From: Chrysomallon squamiferum
Taxonomy: Eukaryota > Animalia > Mollusca
Reading direction: 5' to 3'
NCBI GenBank assembly: GCA_012295275.1
Contig: CM022665.1
Span: forward strand, 34,100,001-34,164,000
DNA: 64,000 nt
Made by a program: the position numbers and the translations under genes. The notes under the pieces were generated by a model. That model was not told the DNA's origin. It was given only the letters and a program-made list of their open reading frames with translations, and ran no database searches. Below, in pieces: positions 55,503 through 64,000 of the stretch (positions are counted from its first letter, which is position 1; each line of letters starts with the position of its first letter).

Positions 55503-58500
55503 TTATTTGTATACTTTTCCATCAAAAAACTTTTTATCTCCAAAATCACCTTCCATGGCAAAATACTTTTCCACAAGTTTCTTTGTCTCTGGATCACTGG
55601 GATCTAATTTCTTCCACGAGTACGATTCGTAGTCCACTTGCCAGTCAGGTGAGAGCTGCAGTTAAAAAAAATAAAAAAAATAATAATATATATATATATT
55701 TGATTAAACGGATGTGAACTCATCTTTTGAATTGACTTTTTGTCATAGATTACATTTTATATTTTATTTATCATTAATACCATAGCTATTTAATCTGTTA
55801 AAATGGGTAGTTAGTAAATGATGCCTTAGCCATATATGTAAAAAGTGGTATTTTGCATCAATAACTGATAGAGGTGAAACACCAGCAAAAGGACAAAGAA
55901 CAAAAGGTGTTTTTTTTCATTTTTGCAAAAGCATTAGTATTAAAGATGTTTTAATTTAGTAATTAACATTTTTTAATTTACCAAGGAAAGTTATTTTGAT
56001 CTTATTTTTACAAATGAAACGGCTTCATATATATCAGTAGATAAACTGCATTAATTTATAAAGTTGGATGTAAAACTAAAATATTCTCATGCCTAAAGTA
56101 CAAATGAAATTAAAGTCATTAACAAGGGTGGAATAAAAATTCTCAAGACCGTTTCAAGTCCACTGTTCTAACAAAATGTTGGTATGTTGTGGATTCTCTT
56201 CACCACACTGATGACAGAAACTCGACACACCATGATTATCTCCCCTCTCATACTTGTCTTACCAACATTTGAAGGTCAGCAATACTAGACTTGAAAGGGT
56301 GAAAATTTAAAAGTTGTAGAAGACATAAAATGCAATTAGCATCATCTTACTGTGAAAGCTAGTTCATGTCCTCTCCAAAACCAGACACCACTGATGGAAA
56401 CCGTGTGATCTTCACCGTACAGGCACATAACACCAAATGCATTTTTACGAAGCTTTTCTAATCGTTGCATTAATCCTGTTTAAATACAAAAGTAACAATA
56501 AAAAATATATGAATTAACATAAAAAACTTCTGAAACAAAAAGAATTTTGTTCAGTAATTATTAAAATGAGGAATTTGTTGTAAATGACCAAAGTTGAAAA
56601 TAAAAATTCATGAGAAGAACAGTAACAGAAAAAAAAGACAACAGTGATGCTGTTTCAACTTATAAGATGAAAACCAAAAAAAACTATACATTTCCTTTTT
56701 ACCATCTACAAGATTGCTGCACATGAATTTCTTCTTTTTTGACAGATCTTCTGTGTATTCACAGTACCAAATAGACCAGTTTTCTTTATCAAATTTTTCC
56801 CAGAAGTATGGCAAGGCAACCTTGACAATGTCATTGTTTGAATATGTTCTTTTGAATTCATCTAAATTGAAATTCCTGGAAGAAAATAAGTATATTAATA
56901 TCTATACAATTTTTATCCACCCCCCACCCCACTCCACCCCAATTTCGTAAAACCCAATATCCACTTAAATTACCTTTATCAGTGTTTTCTAATTCAGTTG
57001 TAACAGGGACCAACAAATGTTTTTAACCACAGACAACTAGGCATATACCAATCAAATTAATAATAACAATTAAGCAGATGTGCAGTTTCCAAGTACATTA
57101 GCCATCTTTCATCTTAGGTTTCGTGGCATCATTACTTTTCATGCAATAGGCACATAGGCACCATTTCATTAGTAAACGAAGGTACGAATCCAAATTTCAC
57201 GTACTCTTGTGAAAACTGTCTTCACTTCTTAGCATTAGCGAGTGCTACTGTGCTTACTAGAAATATGGCAAATTTGGACTGTAAATGCATGGCTATCAGT
57301 TTACTGGCACCACTCTGATAGTTATGGGTGTTGAGTATCCACTGGCTGTCTCTGGGCAGGTTGGTGCCATCAGACAATTTAGCATTGCCACAACACAAAT
57401 TTTCATTACATACTTGAAAATAAAGCCAAGGCCAAGCTAAAATGTTTTAAAATGTTACAATAATATACTGCTAATGAGGAATAATATAGTTAAGGGTCAT
57501 TCCATGTCAAATCACCCCCAATTTTTTTTTTCTAAACCTGACTGCCTCAGATTTTTATGAAACTTGGTATATGTGTTGATTGGGATCCCACAGCACCAAA
57601 TCCAGGTCAGCTGGACCAGTGGTGTGGGAAATTTTCACCCAAGATTGGTGTGACCCCCAACCTTTGAACCCTCATATATCTCAGGAACTACTGGGCCAGT
57701 CTTCATAAAGTTGGAAAGGCAACATGATGAGGATTCCAAATATGAGCATGGAGACTTCTTCATTCATTTCATGCAACCTCATGAACCTTCTAAGTTATTT
57801 CACTGGATTGCCTTTCCAACAATACCAATTTTATGAAGATTGGCCCAGTAGTTGAGATATGAGGGTTCAAAGATTGGTGGACACACCCATTTTGGGTGAA
57901 AATCTCAAAATTCAGGGGGCTGTATCTCCCACATCACTGATCTGATTGGCCTAAAATTTCAGATTTGGTGCTGTGGGATCCCAGTAATCAAGTATACCAA
58001 GTTTGATAAAAATCTGAGACGGTCAAGTTTAACTCATTGGATGATTGACACAGAATGACCCTTAACAACTTTATCAAGTATAAAAAAACAGAGCACAGAA
58101 CTAAAGAACATTTAATTTGATTTATATGAAAACATGTATTACAACAGTTATTAAATTTTACTTAAGTTCAAAAACAATAAATAAACAGACAAATAAAAAA
58201 TACATATATTAAAAATGAGTAAACGAAGTTATATTTTTATTTCTTATGTGAATGTCAACATTTAACCCCAAAAGTGCAATCAGCTCCTTTTTAACTCCCA
58301 GGCATTTATCAACACCTTGAATAGTCCCATCAACCACTCTGGAAACTCACAAATTAGAAGTTGAAGAAACAGCTGTAATAAAGTTAACGTACCCTTTTGG
58401 AAAAGCTGCAAAAGGATCTTTAGATTCCTTTTCTTTGGGAACCTCATCCTCTTCTTCATCTTCCTGTAAAAATATTCAGAAATATTTTGGGTGTAAACTT

Positions 58501-60900
58501 CTGCAGGACAGTCTTCACAGTTCTTAGTTTGTTTTTAATATGTTTAAAATTATTATTCTTATCATCATCATCATTATTATTATTTTTTTTTTTTTTTTTT
58601 TTTTTTAGAGTAAAGTACTTTCCATAGCTGGGGGAAAAAAAAAGAAAACAACTGCCTCCCATTTCTGTGCATTTTTATTTTTCCCCTTATATGTAATTTC
58701 AGTCTAAATATTTAAATTAAACATCTCAACTACATAAAGGGAGGCATTATGGTGGGATATGAGTCAACTATTTTTTTATTTTTTATTAATTAGAAGTCAC
58801 CTGAAAGGTACATTTAATATTTATTTTAACATTACATTAACTATTGATATTTTAAATGTTTATTGTTTGAAGCAACAAACTCTAAAACAGGATATTTTTT
58901 CACCTTAGGTTTTGGCTGTTTTGGTTTATCTTCTTTCTTTGAGACATCTTTCTTAGGAGTCTTCTCCTTTCCAGCATCTTTCTTCTGACCATGTAGTTCA
59001 GCATACTTTTTAGCTGAAAATGTAACTGACACTATTTTTTTTAAAGAACAAAGGAAGAAGTTACAGGTATTAAATGTTTTTTTTATTAATTAGTCACATA
59101 ATATGACCCAGTGGGTACTGTGATGAAACCTCATTAGTGCCTCTTTGCCAGACTTGTATTTATCATAGTTTTGTATTCCATCTAGTGAATTATGTAATAT
59201 TCACAAAACACTTCTTTTTTATGCTCTTTTAAAGCAGAATGACTACTACATTTTATTTTAAATACAGTATTATAGTATTATTTATTTAGCTGTAGTGCAT
59301 AATGGTTATAAATTCATATTTTTGCAGTTCCTAAATATTTAGCTAATTAATGTCAGAAAATGGGGTCATTACACAAAAACAAAAAGCAGTGTATGCAGAC
59401 ATCCATGAACTGTTTAGAAGCTGTATTATATAATTAGGGTAAGTTCCATTATTTTATAAACTAAGAAACACTGGGATTAACAAACTCAAAACTGGCATTT
59501 AAGCAGCAAAATAAATTCAGAAAGGTTGTCATACAGAGGTGTTACATGAATACCTGTGCAATCTATAAATATTTGGCATGCTTTTTAAACGAGATCTTTT
59601 GATCGGTGTGCTGTTTTGCGACACAGTGTCTGAGGGACATGTACTCAAGAAAGGATCATTCAGGCAATGGTAATTATGGTTTAATTTTTTTTTTATGTAA
59701 CATACCTGTTGACTGATAGAAGATAGCTAAATATATTTCCGTTGGATATTTTATTGTTATTCTGTGGTACATACTTGCACTTGAAAACTAAGTAACAAAC
59801 TAAGATAACTTATTTTAGTAACTAAAAGATTTGTTAGAAAGTTAAAGTAAGCAGCTGGGGGTAACTAGTTTATTATTAATCAATGCTATTTTAATCATTT
59901 AAATTGTATGATTAAATTGTATGTTACCATTGATGGTTAATTTATGTAAAATATAAAACAGTTACCCATATTCAGTTCTTGTTTGTGTTATTATTCTCTA
60001 GTGGATACAGAATATTCTCAGATCTCATTAACACCTTGTCACATGACGATATTATAGTCTGCTACCCTTTGGTCAGACTAGTCACTGTGACAGGTACCAA
60101 AATGTACTGCTGTTCCTCATATGAATCAAATGCTCTAACAACTATGCTAGAGATGCTCTGGAATTTAGTGATTTACAGACAATAATGGTATAAATATTAC
60201 CGTTTCTAGTATTTTGTCAAAGACACAAAAACCAATACAAAAAATTAGACAAAATTCTTAAGCAAAAAGTGACTTACAATCAAACTGAGCCATCTTTGTA
60301 CACAGCTGAAAGTTTCCTATAACAGCTTTAAACTGTTTTTGGTTAACCAAGGTTGTAAACCATCTGTTGACATTCTGGAACTGCTTACGAAATTCTGCAT
60401 CCAGAACCTAAGAAATTGTAATTAAAGTAGCATGTGTCATTTTCTGAAAAAATATTACCTAATAATTTCAAATGAAGTATCAATTAGGCTACCGAAAATT
60501 TCTCTGTGAACCAGCTAACCATTATTTCTTAAAAATAAACATTGCCATAAAAGTAAAATGTCCTATCCTCTTTGACACAGCTCTTGGGTAACATTCTCCA
60601 AAATAATTTCCATTAATATGGAAATGTTCTTATTACAAGAATTATTTATTTAAAGTTATTCCACTCCCATCAACTGGTGTAGCAGAGGTTGTTTTGATCA
60701 TCTTTTGCTGAACATTGAATATGATGTATTAGATTACGTATTTAATAAATACTTACATGCTGATATAGCAGCAGTAAACAGCAGGCAAGGCTGATATCAG
60801 CCTGTGACACACGTTCTCCAACTAGATAAGTTCTTGTTAGGAGATGGTCATTTAGAACAGCTAAAACCTTCTTAATCTGTTCCTTTGCTTTTTCAGTTTC
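55503..60900 (-). CDS. EEF1G: Elongation factor 1-gamma (3' seven coding exons; 5' exons not found, presumably beyond the window)
   Basis: Exons 60757-60900, 60278-60407, 58904-59013, 58393-58463, 56703-56875, 56351-56475, 55503-55655. Motifs [88 protein letters not shown]. Confidence 0.95.
56174..56302 (-). ncRNA. Candidate box H/ACA snoRNA in EEF1G intron
   Basis: Sense to host, ~130 nt. 5' hairpin CCCUUUCA/UGAGAGGG with upper stem UUGCUGAC/GUUGGUAA; H box AGAUAA (56236-41); 3' hairpin GGUGUGU/ACAUACC; then ACA-UUU (56177-79). Confidence 0.6.
57075..57245 (-). mobile_element. hAT-Charlie/Buster-type transposase N-terminal remnant
   Basis: [29 protein letters not shown]...YLETAH resembles the ZBED5/Buster-like N-terminus (R.Y...YLKFGF...P.C..C...HLETKH). 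Confidence 0.55.
57494..58061. mobile_element. TTAA-flanked foldback MITE (Kolobok-like termini GG..CC), 568 bp
   Basis: TTAA|GGGTCATTCCATGTCAAATCACCC ... GGATGATTGACACAGAATGACCC|TTAA. Internal arms are also inverted repeats (57540-57605 vs 57960-58025; 57630-57715 vs 57825-57905). Confidence 0.85.
60034..60166 (-). ncRNA. Candidate box H/ACA snoRNA in EEF1G intron
   Basis: ~133 nt. 5' hairpin with CUCUAGCA/UGUUAGAG; H-like ACAGCA; 3' hairpin with upper stem UAGUCUG/CAGACUA, then 15 nt to ACA-AGG (60037-39). Confidence 0.5.
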
Positions 60901-61249
60901 CTGAATAAATAGAACATTTAGTAAATTTATAAAATAATGGCCAATTTCACTGAAAAAAGTTTTTCTGTACAACACTTACTGAGCTGATCAAAAGATACTT
61001 CAGAATCTAATGATCCAAGTTAGCCAATTAATATTTCTCCATCTGTTACATGACTGCCATTTTCAGACAAGCATGCCTTTGTTGGAGATAAAAACAAAAC
61101 AACAAAACATTGGGTTTCCCCTCATCAGCTTCACTTAAAGTTGTGGAAATGAAAAAGTAACATGCATGGTTACCAGTTTTAATGGAAAATTCCAATTTCA
61201 ATAAAAATGTGTTGGTTTTAAAATTCTTTTTAACTCCTTTATATAACCT

Positions 61250-61353
61250 GATTGTTTAGTGCTGAGCAAAACTGTTCATTTCAATCATGACCAGCACAAC
61301 TGCCCTGCTGAAAGGATTGGCAGTAAACTTGACTGTCATTAGAGTGCTAGCCA
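61250..61353 (-). ncRNA. Candidate box H/ACA snoRNA, possible 18S guide
   Basis: 3' hairpin GUGCUG/CAGCAC followed by UAA-ACA-AUC. 5' pocket arms AGCACUCU / UCCUUUCA. H box imperfect (AGGGCA). Confidence 0.45.
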
Positions 61354-61931
61354 CAAGAGTAAATTACACAATATATATATATATATATATATATATAGTA
61401 ACTATCTAAAAAAAAAAATTTAATTAATGGGTGGTGATTTTGGAAGAATTTAAAAAACAAAACAAACAAGTGTCAACGTTTCCCTAAAACTTCTCAGATA
61501 TCACAATGCTCTTTGTTCATAACACTTGTAACATCTCCATCTGGCTTAATAAGAATCAGCTGGCTGTGTCATCATTAACCCACGTGGATTTACCGGTATT
61601 CCCCACTACTTTTTATGAAAATGGCAACTCTCATCAAGATCTGATTAACTTCAGTACTCACAATGTGAATGGAATTTATGAAAAAGAAAAACAATATTAC
61701 TTGATAAAATCTGATTTTATTAGAAATATATTAATACATTTTTATTTGATCAATGATGACAAGATAATTGCTACATTTTATTCTACAGGTGTACTGCTCT
61801 TGGAAAACTGGAACCTTTGCTTAAATTTGCTGGGCTACTGCTAAGGTCAAGCCATGAACAGAGATTTTAAGGAAACAGATCTCTTTGTGACAGGAAAAGT
61901 TTACACTGCTTTCTATGTAATATTTAATCCA

Positions 61932-62048
61932 GCCTATGCAGCAATGCAAGCATTAATAGCAATATGTGTAGTGATCTCACACAAACAGGATCTTCTGTGC
62001 TGCTTGCTGTACAGAGAATGTCACTTATTTCTGGAAATGACAATCTGA
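61932..62048 (-). ncRNA. Candidate box H/ACA(AUA) RNA with 18S complementarity
   Basis: 5' hairpin UGUCAUUU/AAGUGACA; H box ACAGCA (62005-10); 3' hairpin GCAGCA/UGCUGC ending AUA-GGC. Confidence 0.45.
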
Positions 62049-62299
62049 TTAATTTTGTACTTGTATGTATCTAATGCATTTTAACCATTCAAACTATCAT
62101 TTTAATCATTCAAGACTGCCAAGCTTATTTCATATATTAGCAATATTTTATAGAAAAATGTTACAGTGCACAACAGCAAGAATTCATAATGCTTTTCCTT
62201 AATAATAAACAAGAAATAAAATTATTTAGGAATAGTTTTATAACTAAATTGCTATTATTAATTAAGTAAATTTTATTTTCACTTTTTTCCACTGATATA

Positions 62300-62640
62300 C
62301 AACTGCAACATCAAAAGTTGTTAATACAGAGGATTCAGCAACTTTTTATGAATTTCCCTGACCAATACAATATGCAGATTTCCTGAAACAGACTGTCAAT
62401 CTAATGAAACGTTTCAAATCTCCAATAAGATGCTATATATGCATGGTTAGAAGAGTGGTCAACAGGAAATAATGCATGCACAAATTATTCATACGCCAGT
62501 ACCAGACATCTATGAACAATTTAAACAGAATCAAATGGAATTACCCATCAAACTGCAGACATTGCAACAATACAGCTGAAACTTAACACATCCTCATATG
62601 CAGTCCCATAACAACACAGAAAACAACTATCTACACCATC
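62300..62640 (+). mobile_element. Possible highly degenerate MULE transposase C-terminal fragment
   Basis: Broken peptides LEEWSTGNNAC and IIHTPVPDIYEQFKQNQMELPIKL are reminiscent of the MULE C-terminus (EGWH...HPNIY..LK.EQ). Confidence 0.3.
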
Positions 62641-62651
62641 AATACTCTATA

Positions 62652-63744
62652 TAGGATACGGTGGGACATTCCTGGCTTACAGCAACTATACTGTTCTGTC
62701 CAGGCTTCTGGAACTTTGTTGATATAAATACAACCTTCCTATCTCCAAACGATGTAACTAATCAGCCATTTACACATGGAGTATAGCGGTCATGAAAGTA
62801 GTCAAAACAATTTTTTTTTTTTAAAGTGCATTTTGAGGTTTCAAATACGAGTTATTTTTTTAGTTCTTTAGACATAAGGTTAGTGATAACTTATTATAGG
62901 TAAATATAAAATCAATTATTAAGTTCAGCAGAAGAAAACCGATTAATATGTGGTAATTAGGCAAGGAGTGTGTGTGTTTTATTTAACTCCACCACATAGG
63001 CAATTCTGGCCCTGATATAGTCCATTCTGAATTTTATTTAAGTTTTTTGAAACAACTGAATGTCCACAGTCCATCTTTTGGGACATGTCATCAAACTTCA
63101 AATAAAATGAAGAGGATGAGGTATGCCAAGGGACTGACAGATGACGAATGCGTCACAAGGTATGAAGAAGTGTTGTCAGAGAACAGGAAGATGGAGGAAG
63201 AAAAGGTAGAGAGAGCCAAGGTGAGAGGTAAAAAAATAATAACCAGAAGAAGATACCAAAGGTAAAACGGCAGCTCAATTTGAATGTTACAGCAGAACCG
63301 GTGGATGCAGTCAAAGAAAATGTTGGCGGTGACGAGCCTGAACCAGAAAGACAGAAATGTAGTAAATACACAAGAAAAATGTGAACTCTGTAGCAGAGTT
63401 GATGGTGGCATAATCATAGGATGTGATGGGTACCCAAACTGGTATTGTCTTGATCCTTGCGCAAACCTCGAAATCCTAGCTGTTGCAGACTATTATATTC
63501 TTGTGTGATATTTGTCAAGGAGTTTAGTTTATTAAGTTTTGAATCTTGTCTTGTATAATGATTAGGACTAATTTGAGGACTGAAATACATCATGGTAGTA
63601 GGGGCAAGATTTACCCTCGAAAACTCTTTTTAACCTGATTCCCATTTCAAAAGTATAAGCACTATGCATGTAGTTTTTGTGTGTTTTGAAGCTATAGGTG
63701 AGGTTGAATGGAAAATGGGGCCAGATTTACCCCACCTTATCCTA
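62652..63744 (+). mobile_element. pogo-like (Tc1/mariner superfamily) deleted element with C-terminal coiled region and PHD-like finger remnant
   Basis: TIRs TAGGATACGGTGGG / CCCACCTTATCCTA with TA ends. Subterminal GGGGC(A/C)AGATTTACCC repeats at ~63601 and ~63717. Peptides LTDDECVTRYEEVLSENRKMEEEK and CELCSRVDGGIIIGCDGYPNWYCLDPC. Confidence 0.7.
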
Positions 63745-64000
63745 ACTGTATGCGACACCACACAAAAACTCTGACAAACAAGTTGTTTCTTCAGCCTGGC
63801 ATCCTAAGCCTGACTGGGATAAATAAAGAAAACAAACCATTTCAAATAAAAGTCCTTGTCTGAAACATCTAACAGTACTTTGTAATTAATAAATTTGCAA
63901 CAAAGGTTAACCAAAACAGTGAAACAGAATGGGTGCACTTGTGAAATACCATTTTATTATTTTGCTTACAACTCACTGAAACAAGGTCTGATGTATTTCA

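Noticed and set aside
56208-56221. CTGATGACAGAAAC hammerhead-core-like string on the plus strand
   Set aside because: No stem II between the core motifs; better explained as the antisense of the H/ACA candidate.
58243-58360. Hairpin plus terminal ACA as another snoRNA
   Set aside because: No H box and a weak 3' hairpin; not supportable without alignment.
59095-59215. Possible H/ACA RNA near the 59013 acceptor
   Set aside because: Stems are weak and inconsistent on the host strand.
59676-59682. AAACCAU (U17/snR30 m2 motif) on the minus strand
   Set aside because: No matching m1 (AUAUUCCUA) and no correctly placed ACA.
61108-61128. Hammerhead-like CUGAUGA-GGG-GAAA-CCC on the minus strand
   Set aside because: The stem is followed by AAUG rather than the required GAAA, and stems I and III were not found.

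Overview
AT-rich, microsatellite-rich animal genomic DNA with short GT-AG introns. A mollusc, probably a gastropod, is my inference from protein style and SINE-like repeats. Five spliced protein-coding genes were rebuilt by hand from splice sites and reading-frame phase: (1) a signal-peptide/Cys-rich/FN3-like gene on the minus strand, containing a GC-AG intron and running off the left edge; (2) PPP1R21 (minus, 21 coding exons, ~801 aa); (3) a 4-coumarate-CoA ligase/luciferase-like ANL enzyme (minus, 10 coding exons, ~584 aa) with a mitochondrial-type presequence and no PTS1; (4) ADP-dependent glucokinase (plus, 5 exons); (5) the 3' part of elongation factor 1-gamma (minus). The window also holds a decayed PhyH-like dioxygenase pseudogene and DNA-transposon relics (MULE, hAT, Tigger/pogo, piggyBac, a TTAA-flanked foldback MITE). 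The most interesting signal is a cluster of candidate intron-encoded H/ACA (and possibly C/D) guide RNAs in the EF1-gamma introns, two with bipartite complementarity to conserved 18S rRNA segments. Homology calls and rRNA matches are from memory; no search or folding program was run.
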